Below, piece after piece: positions 39,101 to 53,900 of a stretch of DNA of 64,000 nt. The notes under the pieces are model-generated. The model searched no databases. It worked only from the letters and a program-made list of their open reading frames with translations, and had not been told where the DNA came from. The stretch comes from the human T2T-CHM13v2.0 reference genome, Homo sapiens: the NCBI RefSeq assembly GCF_009914755.1, contig NC_060948.1; one strand, given 5' to 3'. The position numbers were made by a program, and so were the translations under genes. Each line of letters starts with the position of its first letter. The stretch's first letter is position 1.

Positions 39101-42100
39101 ATGGAATTGAATGGAACGGAATAGAGTCGAATGGAATTGAATGGAATGGAATGGACTAGAGTGAAATGGAATCGAACCACAAGGAATGGACAGGAATAGA
39201 ATGGTCTCGAATTGAATGGAATCGTATGGAATGGCATCAAACGGAATGGAATGGACAGCCACGGAATGGAATGCACTCGAATGCAATGGAGTCGAAACTA
39301 ATGGACTGGAATAGAATGGACTCGACTGGTACGGACTCCAATGGAATGGAATCGAATGGAAGGGAATCGAACGGAATGGACTCGAAGGGAAAAGACTGCA
39401 ATGGAAAGGTCTCGAATGGAATGGAAATTAATGGAATGGAATGGAATCGAATGAAATGGAGTCAAAAGGAATGGAATCGAATGGCAAGAAATCGAATGTA
39501 ATGGAATCGCAAGGAATTGATGTGAACGGAACGGAATGGAATGGAATCCAAAGGAATGGAATAGAATGGAATGGAATCGAATGGAAAGGACTCGAATGGA
39601 AATCACTCGAATAGAATGCAATTTAATAAAATAGGATCAAATGTAATGGAATGGAATGGAAAGGAATCGAAACGAAAGGAATGGAGACAGATGGAATGGA
39701 ATGGAACAGAGAGCAATGGTATAGAATGGAATGGAATCATCTGGAATGGAATTGAATGGAATGGAATAATATGAAATGGAATGGAATGGAATGGAATGGA
39801 ATGCCCTTGAATTAAATGGACTGGAATGGAATGGACTCGAACAGAGTGGAATGGAAAGTGTTGAGATAGAATGGAATGGACTCCTTTGGAATGGTCTAGT
39901 ATGCAATGCAATCGACTGTCAGGGAATCAAAAGGAATGTAATCGAATGGATTGGACTGGAATGCAATGGACTCGAATAGATTGGAAACGGAATGCAAAGG
40001 AATGGAATGGAATAGTATGGAATGGAATGGAAAGGAATGGAGTGGAATAGACTAGAGTGGAATGGAATGGACTGGAAAGCAATGGACTGGAATGGAACTT
40101 TCTTGAATGGACTGGAATCAAACGGAATGGAATGCAATGCAATCAAATGGCATGGAATAAAATAGAATGAAAGAGAATCAAATGGAATTGAATCGAATGG
40201 AATCGAATGGATTGTAAAGGAATAGAATGGAATGGAATGGAATTGACTCAAATGGAATGGACTAGAATGGAATGGATTCGAATGGAAGGCAAAGGAATGG
40301 AATCTATTGGAATGGACTGTAATGGAATGGAATGGAAGGGATTGGAATGGACTCGAATGGAATGGACTGCAATAGAAAGGATTCGAATGGAATGAAAAAG
40401 AATTGAATGGAATAGAACAGAATGGAATCAAATCGAATGAAATGGAATGGAATAGAAAGGAATGGAATGAAATGGAATGGAAAGGATTCGAATGGAATGC
40501 AATCGAATGGAATGGAATCGAACGGAATGGAATAAAATGGAAGAAAACTGGCAAGAAATGGAATCGAAATGAATGGAGTGTTATGGAACGGACTCAAAAG
40601 GAATTGAATGTAATAGAATGGAGTGGAGTGGACTCGAATATAATGGACTGGAATGGAATGAAATCACATGGAATGGGAACGAATGGAATGGAATGGAAAG
40701 GAATGGAATCGAATGGAAAGGAATCGAATGGAAGGGAATGAAATTGAATCAACAGGAATGGAAGGGAATAGAATAGACGGTAATGGAATGGACTCGAATA
40801 GAATGGACACGAATGCTCAAATTGAATGGATTCGAATGGAATGGAAACGAAAGGAATGTCATCGAATGGAATTGAATCGATTGGAATGAAATCGCATAGA
40901 ATGGAGTGGAATCAAATGGAATTGAATCGAAAGGAAAGGAAGCGAATGGACTGAAATGAAATGGAATGGAATTGAATGGAAAGTAATGCAATGGAATAGA
41001 ATGGAACGAAATTTCACGGAATGGAATCAAACTGAATGGAATCAAATCAATGGAATCTAATCAAATGGAATGGAAAGGAATTGAATGGAGTAGATTGGAT
41101 TGGATGGGATTGGAATGAAATGTACTGGAAAGGACTCGAATTTCATGAAACGGAATGGAATGAATTGGAACGGAATGGACTCGAATGGAATGGAATGTCA
41201 TGGAATGGCATCGAATGGAATGGCATCAAATGGAATGGAATCGAATGCAATGGAATGTTATGGAATGGAATGGAATGCATTGGAATGGAATGTCCTCTAA
41301 TGGAATGGATTCGAGTGGAATGGAATCGAATATAATGGAGTCGAATGAAATGGAATTGAAAGGAATGGGATCGAATAGAATGGAATATACTGGAATGTAA
41401 TGTAATGAACACGAATGTAATTGACTGGAATGGAATGTACATGAATGGAAGGTAATCGAATGGAAAGTAATCCAATGGAATAGAATCTAATGCAATAAAA
41501 CCGAATCAGATAGAGTAGAATGTAATGGAATGGAGTGCAGTGCAATGGAATGGAATGGAATTGAATGCAATGGAATGGAATGGAATGGAATGGAATGGAA
41601 TGGAATGGAATGGTATGGAATGGATAGTAATGGACTGGAGTGAAATGGACTGGAAAGGAATGGACTCAAATTGAAAGGGCTCGAAAGGAATGGAGTCAAA
41701 TGGAATGGTCTGGAATGGAATGAACACGAATGTAATGCAATCCAATAGAATGGAATCGAATGGCATGGAATATAAAGAAATGGAATCGAAGAGAATGGAA
41801 ACAAATGGAATGGAATTGAATGGAATGGAATTGAATGGAATGGGAACGAATGGAGTGAAATTGTATGCAGTAGAAGGGAATAGAATGGAATGCAAGCGAA
41901 AGGAAAGGAATGGATTGGAATGGAATGGAATTCATTGGAATGGAAGGGAATGTAGTGTAATGGACAGGCCTGGAATAAAGTGGAATGCTACGGTCTCGAA
42001 TGGAATAAAAATGTATGGAATGGAATGTAATGAAACGGAATCGAATGTCATAGAATGTAATGGAATGCAACAAAATGGAATCCAAAATCATTGACTGGAA

Positions 42101-45100
42101 AGGCTGGGTGTCGAAAGGAATTGACTCCAATGGAATGGAATCGAATGGAATGGAAGTGAATAGAATCGAACTAAATCGAATGGAATGGAATTGATAGGAA
42201 CGGAATGGAAAGGAATGCAATGATTTGGCATGGAATGGAATCGAATGGCATCGAATGGAATGGAATGGAATGCAATGGAATGGAATGTATTAGAATGGAA
42301 TGAACTTTAATGGAATGTACTCGAATGGATTCGACTGGAATGGAATGTTCTGGAAGTGAATGGACTCCAATGGAATGGATTCAAAAGGAATGGAATCGTA
42401 CGGAATGGAATCTAATGGAATGGAATTAAATGGAAATGAATCAAATTGAATAGCACGGAATTGAATTGAATGGAATGGAATGCAATGGAATCTAATGAAA
42501 CGGAAAGGAAAGGAATGGAATGGAATGGAATGGGCTGGAATGGAAAGGAATCGAAACGAATGGAATGGAATCGAACTGAAGAGACTGGAATGGAATGCAC
42601 TGGAATGGAAGGGAGTGTAATGGAAGGTTCTCGAAAAAAATGGAATCGAATGGAATGGAATTGAATGGAACGGAATAGAGTCGAATGGAATTGAATGGAA
42701 TGGAATGGACTAGAGTGAAATGGAATCGAACCACAAGGAATGGACAGGAATAGAATGGTCTCGAATTGAATGGAATCGTATGGAATGGCATCAAACGGAA
42801 TGGAATGGACAGCCACGGAATGGAATGCACTCGAATGCAATGGAGTCGAAACTAATGGACTGGAATAGAATGGACTCGACTGGTACGGACTCCAATGGAA
42901 TGGAATCGAATGGAAGGGAATCGAACGGAATGGACTCGAAGGGAAAAGACTGCAATGGAAAGGTCTCTAATGGAATGGAAATTAATGGAATGGAATGGAA
43001 TCGAATGAAATGGAGTCAAAAGGAATGGAATCGAATGGCAAGAAATCGAATGTAATGGAATCGCAAGGAATTGATGTGAACGGAACGGAATGGAATGGAA
43101 TCCAAAGGAATGGAATAGAATGGAATGGAATCGAATGGAAAGGACTCGAATGGAAATCACTCGAATAGAATGCAATTTAATAAAATAGGATCAAATGTAA
43201 TGGAATGGAATGGAAAGGAATCGAAACGAAAGGAATGGAGACAGATGGAATGGAATGGAACAGAGAGCAATGGTATAGAATGGAATGGAATCATCTGGAA
43301 TGGAATTGAATGGAATGGAATAATATGAAATGGAATGGAATGGAATGGAATGGAATGCCCTTGAATTAAATGGACTGGAATGGAATGGACTCGAACAGAG
43401 TGGAATGGAAAGTGTTGAGATAGAATGGAATGGACTCCTTTGGAATGGTCTAGTATGCAATGCAATCGACTGTCAGGGAATCAAAAGGAATGTAATCGAA
43501 TGGATTGGACTGGAATGCAATGGACTCGAATAGATTGGAAACGGAATGCAAAGGAATGGAATGGAATAGTATGGAATGGAATGGAAAGGAATGGAGTGGA
43601 ATAGACTAGAGTGGAATGGAATGGACTGGAAAGCAATGGACTGGAATGGAACTTTCTTGAATGGACTGGAATCAAACGGAATGGAATGCAATGCAATCAA
43701 ATGGCATGGAATAAAATAGAATGAAAGAGAATCAAATGGAATTGAATCGAATGGAATCGAATGGATTGTAAAGGAATAGAATGGAATGGAATGGAATTGA
43801 CTCAAATGGAATGGACTAGAATGGAATGGATTCGAATGGAAGGCAAAGGAATGGAATCTATTGGAATGGACTGTAATGGAATGGAATGGAAGGGATTGGA
43901 ATGGACTCGAATGGAATGGACTGCAATAGAAAGGATTCGAATGGAATGAAAAAGAATTGAATGGAATAGAACAGAATGGAATCAAATCGAATGAAATGGA
44001 ATGGAATAGAAAGGAATGGAATGAAATGGAATGGAAAGGATTCGAATGGAATGCAATCGAATGGAATGGAATCGAACGGAATGGAATAAAATGGAAGAAA
44101 ACTGGCAAGAAATGGAATCGAAATGAATGGAGTGTTATGGAACGGACTCAAAAGGAATTGAATGTAATAGAATGGAGTGGAGTGGACTCGAATATAATGG
44201 ACTGGAATGGAATGAAATCACATGGAATGGGAACGAATGGAATGGAATGGAAAGGAATGGAATCGAATGGAAAGGAATCGAATGGAAGGGAATGAAATTG
44301 AATCAACAGGAATGGAAGGGAATAGAATAGACGGTAATGGAATGGACTCGAATAGAATGGACACGAATGCTCAAATTGAATGGATTCGAATGGAATGGAA
44401 ACGAAAGGAATGTCATCGAATGGAATTGAATCGATTGGAATGAAATCGCATAGAATGGAGTGGAATCAAATGGAATTGAATCGAAAGGAAAGGAAGCGAA
44501 TGGACTGAAATGAAATGGAATGGAATTGAATGGAAAGTAATGCAATGGAATAGAATGGAACGAAATTTCACGGAATGGAATCAAACTGAATGGAATCAAA
44601 TCAATGGAATCTAATCAAATGGAATGGAAAGGAATTGAATGGAGTAGATTGGATTGGATGGGATTGGAATGAAATGTACTGGAAAGGACTCGAATTTCAT
44701 GAAACGGAATGGAATGAATTGGAACGGAATGGACTCGAATGGAATGGAATGTCATGGAATGGCATCGAATGGAATGGCATCAAATGGAATGGAATCGAAT
44801 GCAATGGAATGTTATGGAATGGAATGGAATGCATTGGAATGGAATGTCCTCTAATGGAATGGATTCGAGTGGAATGGAATCGAATATAATGGAGTCGAAT
44901 GAAATGGAATTGAAAGGAATGGGATCGAATAGAATGGAATATACTGGAATGTAATGTAATGAACACGAATGTAATTGACTGGAATGGAATGTACATGAAT
45001 GGAAGGTAATCGAATGGAAAGTAATCCAATGGAATAGAATCTAATGCAATAAAACCGAATCAGATAGAGTAGAATGTAATGGAATGGAGTGCAGTGCAAT

Positions 45101-48100
45101 GGAATGGAATGGAATTGAATGCAATGGAATGGAATGGAATGGAATGGAATGGAATGGAATGGAATGGTATGGAATGGATAGTAATGGACTGGAGTGAAAT
45201 GGACTGGAAAGGAATGGACTCAAATTGAAAGGGCTCGAAAGGAATGGAGTCAAATGGAATGGTCTGGAATGGAATGAACACGAATGTAATGCAATCCAAT
45301 AGAATGGAATCGAATGGCATGGAATATAAAGAAATGGAATCGAAGAGAATGGAAACAAATGGAATGGAATTGAATGGAATGGAATTGAATGGAATGGGAA
45401 CGAATGGAGTGAAATTGTATGCAGTAGAAGGGAATAGAATGGAATGCAAGCGAAAGGAAAGGAATGGATTGGAATGGAATGGAATTCATTGGAATGGAAG
45501 GGAATGTAGTGTAATGGACAGGCCTGGAATAAAGTGGAATGCTACGGTCTCGAATGGAATAAAAATGTATGGAATGGAATGCAATGAAACGGAATCGAAT
45601 GTCATAGAATGTAATGGAATGCAACAAAATGGAATCCAAAATCATTGACTGGAAAGGCTGGGTGTCGAAAGGAATTGACTCCAATGGAATGGAATCGAAT
45701 GGAATGGAAGTGAATAGAATCGAACTAAATCGAATGGAATGGAATTGATAGGAACGGAATGGAAAGGAATGCAATGATTTGGCATGGAATGGAATCGAAT
45801 GGCATCGAATGGAATGGAATGGAATGCAATGGAATGGAATGTATTAGAATGGAATGAACTTTAATGGAATGTACTCGAATGGATTCGACTGGAATGGAAT
45901 GTTCTGGAAGTGAATGGACTCCAATGGAATGGATTCAAAAGGAATGGAATCGTACGGAATGGAATCTAATGGAATGGAATTAAATGGAAATGAATCAAAT
46001 TGAATAGCACGGAATTGAATTGAATGGAATGGAATGCAATGGAATCTAATGAAACGGAAAGGAAAGGAATGGAATGGAATGGAATGGGCTGGAATGGAAA
46101 GGAATCGAAACGAATGGAATGGAATCGAACTGAAGAGACTGGAATGGAATGCACTGGAATGGAAGGGAGTGTAATGGAAGGTTCTCGAAAAAAATGGAAT
46201 CGAATGGAATGGAATTGAATGGAACGGAATAGAGTCGAATGGAATTGAATGGAATGGAATGGACTAGAGTGAAATGGAATCGAACCACAAGGAATGGACA
46301 GGAATAGAATGGTCTCGAATTGAATGGAATCGTATGGAATGGCATCAAACGGAATGGAATGGACAGCCACGGAATGGAATGCACTCGAATGCAATGGAGT
46401 CGAAACTAATGGACTGGAATAGAATGGACTCGACTGGTACGGACTCCAATGGAATGGAATCGAATGGAAGGGAATCGAACGGAATGGACTCGAAGGGAAA
46501 AGACTGCAATGGAAAGGTCTCTAATGGAATGGAAATTAATGGAATGGAATGGAATCGAATGAAATGGAGTCAAAAGGAATGGAATCGAATGGCAAGAAAT
46601 CGAATGTAATGGAATCGCAAGGAATTGATGTGAACGGAACGGAATGGAATGGAATCCAAAGGAATGGAATAGAATGGAATGGAATCGAATGGAAAGGACT
46701 CGAATGGAAATCACTCGAATAGAATGCAATTTAATAAAATAGGATCAAATGTAATGGAATGGAATGGAAAGGAATCGAAACGAAAGGAATGGAGACAGAT
46801 GGAATGGAATGGAACAGAGAGCAATGGTATAGAATGGAATGGAATCATCTGGAATGGAATTGAATGGAATGGAATAATATGAAATGGAATGGAATGGAAT
46901 GGAATGGAATGCCCTTGAATTAAATGGACTGGAATGGAATGGACTCGAACAGAGTGGAATGGAAAGTGTTGAGATAGAATGGAATGGACTCCTTTGGAAT
47001 GGTCTAGTATGCAATGCAATCGACTGTCAGGGAATCAAAAGGAATGTAATCGAATGGATTGGACTGGAATGCAATGGACTCGAATAGATTGGAAACGGAA
47101 TGCAAAGGAATGGAATGGAATAGTATGGAATGGAATGGAAAGGAATGGAGTGGAATAGACTAGAGTGGAATGGAATGGACTGGAAAGCAATGGACTGGAA
47201 TGGAACTTTCTTGAATGGACTGGAATCAAACGGAATGGAATGCAATGCAATCAAATGGCATGGAATAAAATAGAATGAAAGAGAATCAAATGGAATTGAA
47301 TCGAATGGAATCGAATGGATTGTAAAGGAATAGAATGGAATGGAATGGAATTGACTCAAATGGAATGGACTAGAATGGAATGGATTCGAATGGAAGGCAA
47401 AGGAATGGAATCTATTGGAATGGACTGTAATGGAATGGAATGGAAGGGATTGGAATGGACTCGAATGGAATGGACTGCAATAGAAAGGATTCGAATGGAA
47501 TGAAAAAGAATTGAATGGAATAGAACAGAATGGAATCAAATCGAATGAAATGGAATGGAATAGAAAGGAATGGAATGAAATGGAATGGAAAGGATTCGAA
47601 TGGAATGCAATCGAATGGAATGGAATCGAACGGAATGGAATAAAATGGAAGAAAACTGGCAAGAAATGGAATCGAAATGAATGGAGTGTTATGGAACGGA
47701 CTCAAAAGGAATTGAATGTAATAGAATGGAGTGGAGTGGACTCGAATATAATGGACTGGAATGGAATGAAATCACATGGAATGGGAACGAATGGAATGGA
47801 ATGGAAAGGAATGGAATCGAATGGAAAGGAATCGAATGGAAGGGAATGAAATTGAATCAACAGGAATGGAAGGGAATAGAATAGACGGTAATGGAATGGA
47901 CTCGAATAGAATGGACACGAATGCTCAAATTGAATGGATTCGAATGGAATGGAAACGAAAGGAATGTCATCGAATGGAATTGAATCGATTGGAATGAAAT
48001 CGCATAGAATGGAGTGGAATCAAATGGAATTGAATCGAAAGGAAAGGAAGCGAATGGACTGAAATGAAATGGAATGGAATTGAATGGAAAGTAATGCAAT

Positions 48101-50960
48101 GGAATAGAATGGAACGAAATTTCACGGAATGGAATCAAACTGAATGGAATCAAATCAATGGAATCTAATCAAATGGAATGGAAAGGAATTGAATGGAGTA
48201 GATTGGATTGGATGGGATTGGAATGAAATGTACTGGAAAGGACTCGAATTTCATGAAACGGAATGGAATGAATTGGAACGGAATGGACTCGAATGGAATG
48301 GAATGTCATGGAATGGCATCGAATGGAATGGCATCAAATGGAATGGAATCGAATGCAATGGAATGTTATGGAATGGAATGGAATGCATTGGAATGGAATG
48401 TCCTCTAATGGAATGGATTCGAGTGGAATGGAATCGAATATAATGGAGTCGAATGAAATGGAATTGAAAGGAATGGGATCGAATAGAATGGAATATACTG
48501 GAATGTAATGTAATGAACACGAATGTAATTGACTGGAATGGAATGTACATGAATGGAAGGTAATCGAATGGAAAGTAATCCAATGGAATAGAATCTAATG
48601 CAATAAAACCGAATCAGATAGAGTAGAATGTAATGGAATGGAGTGCAGTGCAATGGAATGGAATGGAATTGAATGCAATGGAATGGAATGGAATGGAATG
48701 GAATGGAATGGAATGGTATGGAAAGGATAGTAATGGACTGGAGTGAAATGGACTGGAAAGGAATGGACTCAAATTGAAAGGGCTCGAAAGGAATGGAGTC
48801 AAATGGAATGGTCTGGAATGGAATGAACACGAATGTAATGCAATCCAATAGAATGGAATCGAATGGCATGGAATATAAAGAAATGGAATCGAAGAGAATG
48901 GAAACAAATGGAATGGAATTGAATGGAATGGAATTGAATGGAATGGGAACGAATGGAGTGAAATTGTATGCAGTAGAAGGGAATAGAATGGAATGCAAGC
49001 GAAAGGAAAGGAATGGATTGGAATGGAATGGAATTCATTGGAATGGAAGGGAATGTAGTGTAATGGACAGGCCTGGAATAAAGTGGAATGCTACGGTCTC
49101 GAATGGAATAAAAATGTATGGAATGGAATGCAATGAAACGGAATCGAATGTCATAGAATGTAATGGAATGCAAAAAAATGGAATCCAAAATCATTGACTG
49201 GAAAGGCTGGGTGTCGAAAGGAATTGACTCCAATGGAATGGAATCGAATGGAATGGAAGTGAATAGAATCGAACTAAATCGAATGGAATGGAATTGATAG
49301 GAACGGAATGGAAAGGAATGCAATGATTTGGCATGGAATGGAATCGAATGGCATCGAATGGAATGGAATGGAATGCAATGGAATGGAATGTATTAGAATG
49401 TAATGAACTTTAATGGAATGTACTCGAATGGATTCGACTGGAATGGAATGTTCTGGAAGTGAATGGACTCCAATGGAATGGATTCAAAAGGAATGGAATC
49501 GTACGGAATGGAATCTAATGGAATGGAATTAAATGGAAATGAATCAAATTGAATAGCACGGAATTGAATTGAATGGAATGGAATGCAATGGAATCTAATG
49601 AAACGGAAAGGAAAGGAATGGAATGGAATGGAATGGGCTGGAATGGAAAGGAATCGAAACGAATGGAATGGAATCGAACTGAAGAGACTGGAATGGAATG
49701 CACTGGAATGGAAGGGAGTGTAATGGAAGGTTCTCGAAAAAAATGGAATCGAATGGAATGGAATTGAATGGAACGGAATAGAGTCGAATGGAATTGAATG
49801 GAATGGAATGGACTAGAGTGAAATGGAATCGAACCACAAGGAATGGACAGGAATAGAATGGTCTCGAATTGAATGGAATCGTATGGAATGGCATCAAACG
49901 GAATGGAATGGACAGCCACGGAATGGAATGCACTCGAATGCAATGGAGTCGAAACTAATGGACTGGAATAGAATGGACTCGACTGGTACGGACTCCAATG
50001 GAATGGAATCGAATGGAAGGGAATCGAACGGAATGGACTCGAAGGGAAAAGACTGCAATGGAAAGGTCTCGAATGGAATGGAAATTAATGGAATGGAATG
50101 GAATCGAATGAAATGGAGTCAAAAGGAATGGAATCGAATGGCAAGAAATCGAATGTAATGGAATCGCAAGGAATTGATGTGAACGGAACGGAATGGAATG
50201 GAATCCAAAGGAATGGAATAGAATGGAATGGAATCGAATGGAAAGGACTCGAATGGAAATCACTCGAATAGAATGCAATTTAATAAAATAGGATCAAATG
50301 TAATGGAATGGAATGGAAAGGAATCGAAACGAAAGGAATGGAGACAGATGGAATGGAATGGAACAGAGAGCAATGGTATAGAATGGAATGGAATCATCTG
50401 GAATGGAATTGAATGGAATGGAATAATATGAAATGGAATGGAATGGAATGGAATGGAATGCCCTTGAATTAAATGGACTGGAATGGAATGGACTCGAACA
50501 GAGTGGAATGGAAAGTGTTGAGATAGAATGGAATGGACTCCTTTGGAATGGTCTAGTATGCAATGCAATCGACTGTCAGGGAATCAAAAGGAATGTAATC
50601 GAATGGATTGGACTGGAATGCAATGGACTCGAATAGATTGGAAACGGAATGCAAAGGAATGGAATGGAATAGTATGGAATGGAATGGAAAGGAATGGAGT
50701 GGAATAGACTAGAGTGGAATGGAATGGACTGGAAAGCAATGGACTGGAATGGAACTTTCTTGAATGGACTGGAATCAAACGGAATGGAATGCAATGCAAT
50801 CAAATGGCATGGAATAAAATAGAATGAAAGAGAATCAAATGGAATTGAATCGAATGGAATCGAATGGATTGTAAAGGAATAGAATGGAATGGAATGGAAT
50901 TGACTCAAATGGAATGGACTAGAATGGAATGGATTCGAATGGAAGGCAAAGGAATGGAAT
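33196..50960 (+). repeat. Super-unit copy 1: five DYZ1 units in variant order A-B-C-C-D (boundaries approximate)
   Basis: A: GACACAAAT (~33700), GGAAAGGATAGT (~34510), GAAAATAAT (~35525). B: CGAAGTGAAG (~39020). C: GGTCTCTAAT (~42965 and ~46520). D: 5 bp shorter tract, GGAAAGGATAG (~48720), GCAAAAAAAT (~49170), TTAGAATGTAAT (~49400). Confidence 0.8.
34861..38414 (+). repeat. Representative full DYZ1 unit (3,554 bp, HaeIII to HaeIII), right-hand homogeneous family
   Basis: GGCC at 34859 and 38413. The ORF track repeats with offset 3554 here (33196, 36750, 40304, 43858, 47412). Confidence 0.93.
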
Positions 50961-53900
50961 CTATTGGAATGGACTGTAATGGAATGGAATGGAAGGGATT
51001 GGAATGGACTCGAATGGAATGGACTGCAATAGAAAGGATTCGAATGGAATGAAAAAGAATTGAATGGAATAGAACAGAATGGAATCAAATCGAATGAAAT
51101 GGAATGGAATAGAAAGGAATGGAATGAAATGGAATGGAAAGGATTCGAATGGAATGCAATCGAATGGAATGGAATCGAACGGAATGGAATAAAATGGAAG
51201 AAAACTGGCAAGAAATGGAATCGAAATGAATGGAGTGTTATGGAACGGACTCAAAAGGAATTGAATGTAATAGAATGGAGTGGAGTGGACTCGAATATAA
51301 TGGACTGGAATGGAATGAAATCACATGGAATGGGAACGAATGGAATGGAATGGAAAGGAATGGAATCGAATGGAAAGGAATCGAATGGAAGGGAATGAAA
51401 TTGAATCAACAGGAATGGAAGGGAATAGAATAGACGGTAATGGAATGGACTCGAATAGAATGGACACAAATGCTCAAATTGAATGGATTCGAATGGAATG
51501 GAAACGAAAGGAATGTCATCGAATGGAATTGAATCGATTGGAATGAAATCGCATAGAATGGAGTGGAATGAAATGGAATTGAATCGAAAGGAAAGGAAGC
51601 GAATGGACTGAAATGAAATGGAATGGAATTGAATGGAAAGTAATGCAATGGAATAGAATGGAACGAAATTTCACGGAATGGAATCAAACTGAATGGAATC
51701 AAATCAATGGAATCTAATCAAATGGAATGGAAAGGAATTGAATGGAGTAGATTGGATTGGATGGGATTGGAATGAAATGTACTGGAAAGGACTCGAATTT
51801 CATGAAACGGAATGGAATGAATTGGAACGGAATGGACTCGAATGGAATGGAATGTCATGGAATGGCATCGAATGGAATGGCATCAAATGGAATGGAATCG
51901 AATGCAATGGAATGTTATGGAATGGAATGGAATGCATTGGAATGGAATGTCCTCTAATGGAATGGATTCGAGTGGAATGGAATCGAATATAATGGAGTCG
52001 AATGAAATGGAATTGAAAGGAATGGGATCGAATAGAATGGAATATACTGGAATGTAATGTAATGAACACGAATGTAATTGACTGGAATGGAATGTACATG
52101 AATGGAAGGTAATCGAATGGAAAGTAATCCAATGGAATAGAATCTAATGCAATAAAACCGAATCAGATAGAGTAGAATGTAATGGAATGGAGTGCAGTGC
52201 AATGGAATGGAATGGAATTGAATGCAATGGAATGGAATGGAATGGAATGGAATGGAATGGAATGGAATGGTATGGAAAGGATAGTAATGGACTGGAGTGA
52301 AATGGACTGGAAAGGAATGGACTCAAATTGAAAGGGCTCGAAAGGAATGGAGTCAAATGGAATGGTCTGGAATGGAATGAACACGAATGTAATGCAATCC
52401 AATAGAATGGAATCGAATGGCATGGAATATAAAGAAATGGAATCGAAGAGAATGGAAACAAATGGAATGGAATTGAATGGAATGGAATTGAATGGAATGG
52501 GAACGAATGGAGTGAAATTGTATGCAGTAGAAGGGAATAGAATGGAATGCAAGCGAAAGGAAAGGAATGGATTGGAATGGAATGGAATTCATTGGAATGG
52601 AAGGGAATGTAGTGTAATGGACAGGCCTGGAATAAAGTGGAATGCTACGGTCTCGAATGGAATAAAAATGTATGGAATGGAATGCAATGAAACGGAATCG
52701 AATGTCATAGAATGTAATGGAATGCAACAAAATGGAATCCAAAATCATTGACTGGAAAGGCTGGGTGTCGAAAGGAATTGACTCCAATGGAATGGAATCG
52801 AATGGAATGGAAGTGAATAGAATCGAACTAAATCGAATGGAATGGAATTGATAGGAACGGAATGGAAAGGAATGCAATGATTTGGCATGGAATGGAATCG
52901 AATGGCATCGAATGGAATGGAATGGAATGCAATGGAATGGAATGTATTAGAATGGAATGAACTTTAATGGAATGTACTCGAATGGATTCGACTGGAATGG
53001 AATGTTCTGGAAGTGAATGGACTCCAATGGAATGGATTCAAAAGGAATGGAATCGTACGGAATGGAATCTAATGGAATGGAATTAAATGGAAATGAATCA
53101 AATTGAATAGCACGGAATTGAATTGAATGGAATGGAATGCAATGGAATCTAATGAAACGGAAAGGAAAGGAATGGAATGGAATGGAATGGGCTGGAATGG
53201 AAAGGAATCGAAACGAATGGAATGGAATCGAACTGAAGAGACTGGAATGGAATGCACTGGAATGGAAGGGAGTGTAATGGAAGGTTCTCGAAAATAATGG
53301 AATCGAATGGAATGGAATTGAATGGAACGGAATAGAGTCGAATGGAATTGAATGGAATGGAATGGACTAGAGTGAAATGGAATCGAACCACAAGGAATGG
53401 ACAGGAATAGAATGGTCTCGAATTGAATGGAATCGTATGGAATGGCATCAAACGGAATGGAATGGACAGCCACGGAATGGAATGCACTCGAATGCAATGG
53501 AGTCGAAACTAATGGACTGGAATAGAATGGACTCGACTGGTACGGACTCCAATGGAATGGAATCGAATGGAAGGGAATCGAACGGAATGGACTCGAAGGG
53601 AAAAGACTGCAATGGAAAGGTCTCGAATGGAATGGAAATTAATGGAATGGAATGGAATCGAATGAAATGGAGTCAAAAGGAATGGAATCGAATGGCAAGA
53701 AATCGAATGTAATGGAATCGCAAGGAATTGATGTGAACGGAACGGAATGGAATGGAATCCAAAGGAATGGAATAGAATGGAATGGAATCGAATGGAAAGG
53801 ACTCGAATGGAAATCACTCGAATAGAATGCAATTTAATAAAATAGGATCAAATGTAATGGAATGGAATGGAAAGGAATCGAAACGAAAGGAATGGAGACA

